IMG/VR virus record: IMGVR_UViG_3300032226_000397 | Location: 1-33,208 of that record | DNA: 33,208 nucleotides | Origin: a virus | Taxonomy: Duplodnaviria; Caudoviricetes | Reading direction: 5' to 3' (one strand) | In this document: one piece after another, positions 1 to 7,720 of the stretch | How positions within the stretch are numbered: position 1 is the first letter of the stretch | How the letters are laid out: every line of letters starts with the position of its first letter | The notes under the pieces: model-generated | The model's database searches: none | Told to the model about the DNA's origin: nothing | The model's input: the letters and a program-made list of their open reading frames with translations, nothing else | Made by a program: the position numbers and the translations under genes

Positions 1-7
1 AAATACT

Positions 8-421
8 ATGGCAACTTATAGAGGACAAGGCGCATCAACCTACGACATTGGTGAAAAACCACCATTTGTCAATTGGACAATTGTAAAAGGCGATACAGCA
101 TCATTTAAGGTTTATTTAACAGATGATGCAAAAGATCCTCTAACCATTGCTGACTGGGATATTGAGGTAGAATTTAAAAGACCTACCACTCCAGTTGAGC
201 CTCAGATAATTACAGATGTTGCAACCTTGCTTTTTACTATTACCCCAGAGCAAGATTTAGAAGATCTTGATGGTGAGTTTAAGGTTAATCTAACTGCCGC
301 CCAAACCACGCTATTAAGAACAAATGATATTTTTGATATTGAAATTCGTCTTCCACAGAATACTCTGGTTTGGACAGTTGCTCAAGGGAAGATTACTCTC
401 CTTGAGGATGTTACAAACTAA
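8..421 (+). CDS. Putative virion structural protein, BppU N-terminal-like beta domain (137 aa)
   Basis: WTIVKGDTASFKVYLTDD...GEFKVNLTAAQT...FDIEI...TVAQGKITL resembles baseplate-upper/fibre-anchoring domains; it heads a run of fibre-like genes. Confidence 0.5.
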   Translation: MATYRGQGASTYDIGEKPPFVNWTIVKGDTASFKVYLTDDAKDPLTIADWDIEVEFKRPTTPVEPQIITDVATLLFTITPEQDLEDLDGEFKVNLTAAQTTLLRTNDIFDIEIRLPQNTLVWTVAQGKITLLEDVTN

Positions 422-642
422 TGGCAACAGTTGTTATAAATAACAATACCCCAGTCTTTACAAAAGCCATTGAAAGAGTTTCTTTTCCAAATGTACAGAT
501 AACTCAAAAAAATAATGGGGTAGCCATAGATTCAGTACTCCCATTTAGGGTAAGGTTTACAGCAATACAGATTCCATCTTCTATTGCTAACATCCCCGCA
601 ATTCCACTACAGATTATTGGTTTCTCTAACTATATACTTTAA
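421..642 (+). CDS. Hypothetical protein (73 aa)
   Basis: TAATG stop/start overlap with the upstream gene; fills the gap up to the next promoter; no recognised motif. Confidence 0.6.
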   Translation: MATVVINNNTPVFTKAIERVSFPNVQITQKNNGVAIDSVLPFRVRFTAIQIPSSIANIPAIPLQIIGFSNYIL

Positions 643-648
643 AATCTA

Positions 649-657
649 TGATATAAT
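649..657 (+). promoter_or_regulatory. Extended -10 promoter TGaTATAAT, leaderless placement
   Basis: TATAAT at 652-657, then 6 nt to the ATG at 664, with no Shine-Dalgarno. Confidence 0.7.
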
Positions 658-663
658 TCCAGT

Positions 664-1110
664 ATGGCTAAATTATCAATTGCAAACATCAAGTCCCTGT
701 TCCAAACAGGAGACAGACCTACCCAAGCAAACTATGAAGATTTGATTGATAGTACATCTGCAAGATCAACAGATCTTGGATCAGATGGTAACAATGAGTC
801 TACAATCAATGGCATTGAAAACTCAACAATTTTTGATAACTTTTTAGCAAGTGAGTGGAGATCTGTAAAGTATATGATCTCAATTAAAAAGACTTCTGGC
901 GGTTCAAATAAATATTGGGCCACAGAATTAACTATAGTCCCTGACGCTACAGATGTAAGTGTCAGTGAATATGGAACAGTAGACAATGATGGGAATATTG
1001 GCACCATCTCCGTGTCTAGAGCGGGAGATACAGTTTCACTAACTGTAGTTCCAGTAGGTGGGCAAACACCAATAACCCTGCGCTATTTGCGTATTGGGTT
1101 AAAGGCCTAA
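664..1110 (+). CDS. Putative fibre-associated structural protein (148 aa)
   Basis: N-terminal IKSLFQTGDRPTQANYEDLIDS resembles phage tail-fibre N-termini; the C-terminal beta domain resembles the C-terminus of 1124-2971. Confidence 0.6.
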   Translation: MAKLSIANIKSLFQTGDRPTQANYEDLIDSTSARSTDLGSDGNNESTINGIENSTIFDNFLASEWRSVKYMISIKKTSGGSNKYWATELTIVPDATDVSVSEYGTVDNDGNIGTISVSRAGDTVSLTVVPVGGQTPITLRYLRIGLKA

Positions 1111-1123
1111 CTAAGGAGATAAA

Positions 1124-2971
1124 ATGGCAACAGTAACAAAAGATTTTAGAGTAAAAGCGGGACTGGTAGTTGAGGGATCAACAGCGACCGTTAATGGAAA
1201 GAATATTATCACAGCAGGTGTCGTTGACGCTAAAGGTGATTTGATTGTTGGTAGTGCAGACGATGCAGTTGCTCGTTTAGGCATTGGTTCAAACGGTCAA
1301 GTACTTACAGCAAACTCAGGTGCCACATACGGCGTTGAGTGGTCAGCACCAGCAGCAGTTGGTGTATTTGGTTCAAGCATTGAGTTTGAAGGATCTACAG
1401 CAAATAATTTTGAAACAACACTTGCAGTCACAGACCCAACCGCAGACCGTACAATCACACTTCCAGATGCAACTGGTACAGTAGCACTTACTTCAGATGT
1501 AACAACACACGCAAACCTTACAGAAGCCCATGGCGCAACAGGTGCAGTAGTTGGAACAACTAATACACAGACACTTACAAACAAGACATTAACATCACCA
1601 AAGATTAATGAAGATGTTGTTATGTCTGCATCATCAACAGAACTTAACATTCTTGATGGCGCAACACTTTCAACTACAGAACTTAACTATGTAGATGGCG
1701 TAACTTCAGCAATCCAGACCCAGTTGAATAATAAGGCTGCTTCTGCAGATCTTACAACTCACACAGGTGCTTCTACTGGAGTACACGGAGTAACAGGTGC
1801 GGTAGTTGGAACAACTGACACACAAACACTTACAAATAAGACACTTACAAGCCCAACAGTTTCAGGACTTACACTTTCAGACGGTTCAATCGTTCTTGAA
1901 GGTGCAACTGCTGATGCGTTTGAAACAACACTTACAGTCACAGACCCAACTGCTGATCGTACAGTAACTTTCCCAGATGCTACAGGTACTGTTGCTCTTA
2001 CAAATAACAAGTTAAGCGCTTTTGCTGCAACTTCATCATCAGAACTTGCTGGAATCATCTCTGATGAGACTGGTACTGGAGCACTTGTTTTTGCTAACAC
2101 ACCAACACTTGTAACACCAAACATTGGTGCTGCAACTGGTACATCTTTGGTTCTTTCAGGGGACCTAACAGTTAATGGTACAACAACTACAATTAACTCA
2201 ACAGAAATCACAGTTGATGACAAGAACCTTACACTTGGTTCAGTAGCAACACCAACAGATGCAGGCGCTGACGGTGGTGGTATTACTCTTAAGGGTGCTA
2301 CAGACAAAACTATCAACTGGGTAGATGCAACTGATGCATGGACATTCTCTGAACACATCAACCTTGCTTCTGGTAAGGCGTTCTACCTAAACGGTACACT
2401 AGAAACAGCAGCAACACAGACTCTTACAAACAAGACAATTGATGGTGCAAGTAACACACTTACAGTACGAATTGCAAATGATGTTTCTGGTCTTGGAACT
2501 GGCGTAGCCACATTCCTTGCAACACCATCTTCTGCAAACCTTGCAGCAGCACTTACTGATGAAGCAGGTTCTGGAACAGTAGCATTTACTACTAGCCCAA
2601 CTTTTGTTACACCAACACTTGGTGCAGCAACAGCAACATCTATTGGATTTGCTGATACCCTCACAGGTTCTGCAACTGCAACTGCTGGCACTTCAGCAAC
2701 AACAATTGACACATTTGCTGTAGCAACATACTCTGCTGCTAAGTACATCGTTCAATTAAAAAATGTTGGTGGCGACATTGAAGTAATTGAAGTTCTTGTA
2801 GCCGTAGATGGCGCAAACAATGTTTACCTAACAGAGTACGCTGATGTACAAAGTAACGGTGAACTAGGAACAACTAATGCTGTACTTTCAGGTTCAGATG
2901 TTCTTCTTCAAGTTACTGCAGCAGCAGCAAACACTGCTGTTAAGGTAAGCAAGACCTACATCAAAGCATAA
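1124..2971 (+). CDS. Tail fibre/appendage-like protein with internal repeats (615 aa)
   Basis: AAGGAG RBS; Thr/Ala/Gly-rich; two EG.TA..FETTL.VTDPTADRT.T.PDATGT repeats, three TQTLTNKT motifs, one ELNYVDGVTSAIQTQL motif. Confidence 0.7.
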   Translation: MATVTKDFRVKAGLVVEGSTATVNGKNIITAGVVDAKGDLIVGSADDAVARLGIGSNGQVLTANSGATYGVEWSAPAAVGVFGSSIEFEGSTANNFETTLAVTDPTADRTITLPDATGTVALTSDVTTHANLTEAHGATGAVVGTTNTQTLTNKTLTSPKINEDVVMSASSTELNILDGATLSTTELNYVDGVTSAIQTQLNNKAASADLTTHTGASTGVHGVTGAVVGTTDTQTLTNKTLTSPTVSGLTLSDGSIVLEGATADAFETTLTVTDPTADRTVTFPDATGTVALTNNKLSAFAATSSSELAGIISDETGTGALVFANTPTLVTPNIGAATGTSLVLSGDLTVNGTTTTINSTEITVDDKNLTLGSVATPTDAGADGGGITLKGATDKTINWVDATDAWTFSEHINLASGKAFYLNGTLETAATQTLTNKTIDGASNTLTVRIANDVSGLGTGVATFLATPSSANLAAALTDEAGSGTVAFTTSPTFVTPTLGAATATSIGFADTLTGSATATAGTSATTIDTFAVATYSAAKYIVQLKNVGGDIEVIEVLVAVDGANNVYLTEYADVQSNGELGTTNAVLSGSDVLLQVTAAAANTAVKVSKTYIKA

Positions 2972-2990
2972 TTGAGAAAAGAGGATAGAA

Positions 2991-3449
2991 GTGGCAACTG
3001 TAAATAAAGATTTTAAGGTAAAGCATGGTTTAGATGTAAACCAAGGCGGTACTTTCGGAGGAACTGTTACAGTTGCTACTCCTACTCAAAACACACACGC
3101 AGCGACAAAACTTTACGTAGATAGCGTTGCGGCTGCAGGAGGAGTAACTGTTGGTGCAACAGCCCCAGCATCTCCATCAAATGGAAATTTATGGTTTGAT
3201 ACATTAACAGAACGAGTTCATGTTTATTACGGATCTCAGTGGATTGCTATTGCAACTCTTGAAGATGCAGAAACACTTCAAGATCACATTCACGATACAT
3301 CTATTGACGGTAATGGCTTAATCGTAAGTACTTTTGTTAGCGGTGGGGCATACAATGAACCAGGGTATCTTGTAAGTGCTGGATTATATAATACAGTATC
3401 TTGGGAAGAAACTTGGGTAGGCGGGGAAGCAATAGATAATTTCAATTAA
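2991..3449 (+). CDS. Small fibre-like structural protein (152 aa)
   Basis: GTG start after GAGGA; HAATKLYVD and APASPSNGNLWFDT motifs typical of phage fibres; N-terminus shared with 1124-2971. Confidence 0.65.
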   Translation: MATVNKDFKVKHGLDVNQGGTFGGTVTVATPTQNTHAATKLYVDSVAAAGGVTVGATAPASPSNGNLWFDTLTERVHVYYGSQWIAIATLEDAETLQDHIHDTSIDGNGLIVSTFVSGGAYNEPGYLVSAGLYNTVSWEETWVGGEAIDNFN

Positions 3450-3454
3450 TTATC

Positions 3455-3463
3455 TGATATAAT
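3455..3463 (+). promoter_or_regulatory. Extended -10 promoter TGaTATAAT
   Basis: Intergenic; followed by AAGGAG (3479-3484) and the ATG at 3491. Confidence 0.65.
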
Positions 3464-3490
3464 ATGAACACACCACTAAAGGAGTTATAA

Positions 3491-5491
3491 ATGGCAACAA
3501 GAATGCAACAGCGCAGAGGTACTGCTTCTCAGTGGACTTCTGCAAATCCAGTTTTAAATGCTGGTGAAATGGGATGGGAATCAGACACCAACAAGTTTAA
3601 AATTGGTGATGGAACAAATCACTGGGCAGACCTTGATTACTTTATTGACGTTAACTCAACAGTAAACCCTGCTTTTGGCTCAAGCATTACATTTGAAGGT
3701 GCAACTGCAAATGATTTTGAGACCACTCTTGCTATAACAGATCCAACTGCAGATCGTACAATAACTCTTCCAAATGTATCAGGTACAGTTATTACAACTG
3801 GAAACCTTTCAGATATTACAGATATTGGAGTCTTTACAGGCTCTATTACAATGGAAGGCACAACAGCAGATGCCTACGAGATGGTGCTTGCTGCTGGAGA
3901 TCCAACTGCTGATCGTACAATTACTTTACCTGATACCAGCGGTACTGCTATCACAACTGGAAATCTTTCAGATATAACACATCTTGGTGTTCTAACATCT
4001 TCTATTGTTATGGAAGGTTCTACAGCAGATGGTTTTGAAACCACTATTGGAGTAGAAGACCCTACAGCAGACAGAACAATCAGTTTCCCTGATGCTAGCG
4101 GAACAGTTGCTTTGATAGAGACAGTAAACACATCTTTAAGTGGATATATTGAAACTTCAGATATCGGTGCAGTTTCTGGTGTAGTTGGACTTAACTCAAG
4201 CCTAAATGCTATTATTCCAGGTGCATCAATTATTATTGAGGGTGCAACTGATAATAATAATGAAACAACCCTTACCGTTACAGACCCTACAGCAGATAGA
4301 ACTATTACATTCCCTGATGAAACAGGAACTGTTCAACTAAGAGTTACAGATGTTTCTGATACTGAAATCGGATACCTCAATGGAGTAACTTCAGCAATTC
4401 AGACACAGTTAGATGATAAGTCAACTGCATCTAAAACTGAAACACTTACAAATAAAACTTTAACTTCACCAGTAATTAATACACCTACTGGAATTACAAA
4501 AACAGATGTTGGCCTTGCAAATGTTGATAATACAACAGATGCTAATAAGCCAGTTTCAACTGCTACACAAACAGCACTTGACCTTAAGGCTAATCTTGCA
4601 GGTCCAGCCTTAACTGGAGATGCATCAGCAGTAAACCTAACAATATCTGGAAACTTAACTGTAAACGGAACAACAACAAACCTTAACTCAACTAACCTTG
4701 TTATTGAAGATAAGAACATTGTTCTTGGAGATGCATTAACACCTACAGACACAACTGCAGATGGTGGCGGTATTACATTAAAGGGAGCAACAGATAAAAC
4801 CTTTAACTGGGTAGACGCTACAGACGCTTGGACTTCATCAGAGCATATTAATCTTGCTTTAGGAAAAACCTTAAAGTATAACGGAACTGATTTAGTTGCT
4901 TCACAATCTGGTAACTCAGGCAAGTACCTTACAACAGACGGAACTTCAACTTCTTGGGGAACTGTATCAGGGTACTCAGCACCAACACTTGGATCAACAT
5001 CAATTGCTTCAGGTGCAACAGTAACAACAATTGCTGGACTAACACTTACTTCTCCAGTACTAAATACACCAACACTTACTCTTTCAACATCATCATCAAC
5101 TACTGATGCAGTTGTTGCTTGGGACTCAACTAATAAAAAACTTAAGATTGGTAATGGAACTACTTCACTAGACTTTGCTTCATCAACCGTAGTAACTAAT
5201 GCACAATCAGCATCATATACAACAGTTCTTGCAGATAAAGATAAGGTTATTGAAATGTCTGTGGGATCAGCAAATAACCTTACAATTCCACTAAACTCAA
5301 GCGTAGCCTACCCTATAGGAAGCGTAATAAATGTAGTCCAAACAGGTACAGGACAAACAACCGTTGTCGCAACCGCTGGTGTAACAATCAATGGTACTCC
5401 AGGATTAAAGTTGAGAGCACAATGGTCAGGAGCCTCACTAATTAAGCGTGCAACTGACACTTGGGTACTTGTTGGAGATCTTTCAGCATAG
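3491..5491 (+). CDS. Tail fibre-like protein with Mtd_N/hyaluronidase-type N-terminal domain (666 aa)
   Basis: N-terminal RMQQRRGTASQWTSANPVLNAGEMGWESDTNKFKIGDG; four DPTADRTI repeats; DVGLANVDNTTDANKPVSTATQTAL fibre motif; C-terminal domain ending TDTWVLVGDL. Confidence 0.75.
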   Translation: MATRMQQRRGTASQWTSANPVLNAGEMGWESDTNKFKIGDGTNHWADLDYFIDVNSTVNPAFGSSITFEGATANDFETTLAITDPTADRTITLPNVSGTVITTGNLSDITDIGVFTGSITMEGTTADAYEMVLAAGDPTADRTITLPDTSGTAITTGNLSDITHLGVLTSSIVMEGSTADGFETTIGVEDPTADRTISFPDASGTVALIETVNTSLSGYIETSDIGAVSGVVGLNSSLNAIIPGASIIIEGATDNNNETTLTVTDPTADRTITFPDETGTVQLRVTDVSDTEIGYLNGVTSAIQTQLDDKSTASKTETLTNKTLTSPVINTPTGITKTDVGLANVDNTTDANKPVSTATQTALDLKANLAGPALTGDASAVNLTISGNLTVNGTTTNLNSTNLVIEDKNIVLGDALTPTDTTADGGGITLKGATDKTFNWVDATDAWTSSEHINLALGKTLKYNGTDLVASQSGNSGKYLTTDGTSTSWGTVSGYSAPTLGSTSIASGATVTTIAGLTLTSPVLNTPTLTLSTSSSTTDAVVAWDSTNKKLKIGNGTTSLDFASSTVVTNAQSASYTTVLADKDKVIEMSVGSANNLTIPLNSSVAYPIGSVINVVQTGTGQTTVVATAGVTINGTPGLKLRAQWSGASLIKRATDTWVLVGDLSA

Positions 5492-5515
5492 CACTTAATA
5501 AAAAGCAAAGCAGTC

Positions 5516-5532
5516 AACCTTAACTTAAGGTT
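5516..5532. repeat. Perfect inverted repeat AACCTTAA-C-TTAAGGTT
   Basis: 8-bp arms with a 1-nt spacer, read directly, between the fibre stop codon and the terminator. Confidence 0.7.
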
Positions 5533-5539
5533 ACAAGTT

Positions 5540-5574
5540 AAAAACTCCGCACAAAACGGAGTTTTTTTCTTTTT
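5540..5574 (+). terminator. Intrinsic terminator after the fibre gene block
   Basis: AAAAACTCCG-cacaaaa-CGGAGTTTTT hairpin followed by TTCTTTTT; the A-tract on the left could allow bidirectional use. Confidence 0.8.
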
Positions 5575-5581
5575 AAACTTG

Positions 5582-5590
5582 TGATATACT
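5582..5590 (+). promoter_or_regulatory. Extended -10 promoter TGaTATACT for the ribonucleotide reductase gene
   Basis: Directly after the terminator; a second TATAAT lies at 5622-5627; GAAAGGT RBS precedes the ATG at 5652. Confidence 0.55.
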
Positions 5591-5651
5591 TAAGACTACT
5601 TCAGAAACTATGAAGTACTCATATAATTTTGCTATGAAAGGTAAATAATAA

Positions 5652-7685
5652 ATGTCAGAAACCGTATTCTCTTTTCGTCTTTCAGATGAATTTGTAAATA
5701 AATTTAACAACACTCCAGCACCATTTGGATTCTCAGATGCAGGATCTAACTCATTGGGGGAGGTAACATTTATTCGTACATATTCTCGTGTTAAGGAAGA
5801 TGGAACCAAGGAACGCTGGCATGAGGTTTGCCGTCGTGTAATCGAGGGTATGTATTCAGTACAGAAGAACCATGCTAAGGATAACCGACTACCATGGAAT
5901 GATAATAAGGCTCAAAAGTCAGCACAAGAAGCATTTCAAAGAATGTTTGAATTAAAGTGGACTCCGCCAGGTCGTGGTCTCTGGGCATTTGGAACTCCTA
6001 TGACCATGGAGAAACGTAACTCAGCATCTCTTCAAAATTGTGCTATGGTTTCTACAAGAGACATTGATCGTAATGATCCAGGTGCTCTTTTTGCTTGGGT
6101 AATGGATGCATTAATGTTAGGCATTGGTGTAGGGTTTGATGCTCTTGGTCAAGACAAACAAATGTCTATCTATGCTCCAACAGAGCCAGTATCTATTTAT
6201 GAAATCCCAGATACCCGTGAAGGTTGGGTTGAGTCTGTTAGATTACTTATTAATTCATTCCTTCGTGCAAATCAGTCTATTCAAGAGTTTACCTATGACC
6301 TTATCCGTCCTCTAGGTGCCCCTATTAAGGGCTTTGGAGGCGTTGCAAGCGGTCCAGCACCACTTATTGATCTCCATACACGCATTCGTAATGTAATCGG
6401 TTCTAGAGCAGGAGAAGCCCTTGATAGCCGTGCTATTGTAGACTTAGTTAATCTTATTGGTACATGTGTTGTTTCTGGAAATGTTCGTCGTTCTGCTACC
6501 CTTGCACTTGGCACACCAGAAGATGATGGTTTTATTAATCTTAAAAATCCAGAAGTATTTCCAGAACGAAATTCATACGATCCAGAAAAACCAGGTTGGG
6601 CATGGATGAGTAATAACTCAATTGCTGCTGAAGTTGGAACAAAGTATGAAGATTATGTAGATTTAATTGCTGACAACGGAGAACCAGGTTTTATTTGGCT
6701 TGATGTTGCTCGCAGTTATGGCCGTCTTGCCGATGCACCTGATTATAAAGATGCTCGCATTATGGGCTTCAATCCTTGTGCGGAGCAGCCATTAGAATCA
6801 TACGAACTTTGTACACTTGTAGAAGTGCACTTAAATCGTCATGAATCTAAGGAGGACTTCCTCAAGACATTGAAGTTTGCTTATTTGTATGGTAAGACTG
6901 TTACTCTTATGCCAACACATTGGCAACAGACAAACGGTATTATGCAACGCAACCGCCGTATTGGAACTTCTCTTACAGGTATTGCAGCATTTGCTGATGA
7001 ACACGGTCTTCCAGTTATTCGTGAATGGATGGATGAAGGATATAACACAATTCGTAAATATGATCATTCATATTCAGAATGGCTATGTGTTCGTGAATCA
7101 GTTCGTGTAACAACCGTTAAGCCATCAGGATCTGTTTCACTTCTTTCTGGTGCTACTCCTGGAGTTCACTGGGGTCCTGGCGGAGAGTTCTATCTTCGTG
7201 CTATTCGTTTTGGAAATACTGATCCAATGATGCACCTGTTTAAAGCAGCGGGATATAAAATTGAAGATGACTTAGTATCAGCAAATACACAAGTAGTATA
7301 TTTCCCAGTAGCATCAGGACACAAGCGTTCTGAAAAGCAGGTAAGTTTATTTGAAAAGATTGGTTTGGCAGCAACCGCTCAAAAGTACTGGTCTGATAAT
7401 GGAGTTTCTGTAACCCTTTCTTTTGACAAGGAAGAAGAAAAGAAGTTTGTGGCACCAGCGCTTAACATGTATGAAGGACAGTTAAAGGCAGTGTCGTTTC
7501 TTCCAATGGGAAATAAAACATATCCTCAGCAGCCATATACAGAAATTACAAGAGAAGAATATAATTCTTATGTTGGCAAAATTGGCAAGATTGATTGGTC
7601 TGCTATATACGATGGAGTAGAAAATCTTGAAGCACAAGGCGAAGCATACTGCTCAACGGATGCTTGTGAGATTAAACTATATTAG
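5652..7685 (+). CDS. nrdJ: Class II (adenosylcobalamin-dependent) ribonucleotide reductase, monomeric RTPR-like type (677 aa)
   Basis: RTYSR, PPGRGLW, LQNC, GNVRRSA, active-site NPCAEQ, TTVKPSGSVS and a C-terminal CSTDAC redox cysteine pair; no adjacent beta-subunit gene. Confidence 0.93.
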   Translation: MSETVFSFRLSDEFVNKFNNTPAPFGFSDAGSNSLGEVTFIRTYSRVKEDGTKERWHEVCRRVIEGMYSVQKNHAKDNRLPWNDNKAQKSAQEAFQRMFELKWTPPGRGLWAFGTPMTMEKRNSASLQNCAMVSTRDIDRNDPGALFAWVMDALMLGIGVGFDALGQDKQMSIYAPTEPVSIYEIPDTREGWVESVRLLINSFLRANQSIQEFTYDLIRPLGAPIKGFGGVASGPAPLIDLHTRIRNVIGSRAGEALDSRAIVDLVNLIGTCVVSGNVRRSATLALGTPEDDGFINLKNPEVFPERNSYDPEKPGWAWMSNNSIAAEVGTKYEDYVDLIADNGEPGFIWLDVARSYGRLADAPDYKDARIMGFNPCAEQPLESYELCTLVEVHLNRHESKEDFLKTLKFAYLYGKTVTLMPTHWQQTNGIMQRNRRIGTSLTGIAAFADEHGLPVIREWMDEGYNTIRKYDHSYSEWLCVRESVRVTTVKPSGSVSLLSGATPGVHWGPGGEFYLRAIRFGNTDPMMHLFKAAGYKIEDDLVSANTQVVYFPVASGHKRSEKQVSLFEKIGLAATAQKYWSDNGVSVTLSFDKEEEKKFVAPALNMYEGQLKAVSFLPMGNKTYPQQPYTEITREEYNSYVGKIGKIDWSAIYDGVENLEAQGEAYCSTDACEIKLY

Positions 7686-7694
7686 CCTCTAGCC

Positions 7695-7703
7695 TGCTAT
7701 AAT
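7695..7703 (+). promoter_or_regulatory. Extended -10 promoter TGcTATAAT
   Basis: Intergenic; followed by AGGAG and the ATG at 7721. Confidence 0.65.
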
Positions 7704-7720
7704 AAGGTTATAGGAGAATT

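Noticed and set aside
1409-4330. CRISPR-like array suggested by recurring ACAGACCC/GATCCAACTGC sequences
   Set aside because: The repeats are degenerate at third codon positions, irregularly spaced and in frame, so they are protein-coding repeats.
3491-5491. Diversity-generating retroelement suggested by the Mtd_N-like N-terminus
   Set aside because: No reverse transcriptase and no template/variable repeat pair differing only at adenines in the window; Mtd_N is a common fibre anchor domain.
732-5517. Many minus-strand ORFs (up to 200 aa) opposite the fibre genes
   Set aside because: They are antisense shadows of Thr/Ala/Gly-rich genes with biased codons; no expression signals or recognisable motifs.
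5591-5651. Cobalamin riboswitch or NrdR box upstream of nrdJ
   Set aside because: The leader is only about 60 nt, too short for a typical B12 riboswitch, and I see no convincing NrdR-box match.
5652-7685. Intein or intron in the ribonucleotide reductase
   Set aside because: Normal length, contiguous motifs, and no intein splice-junction signature.
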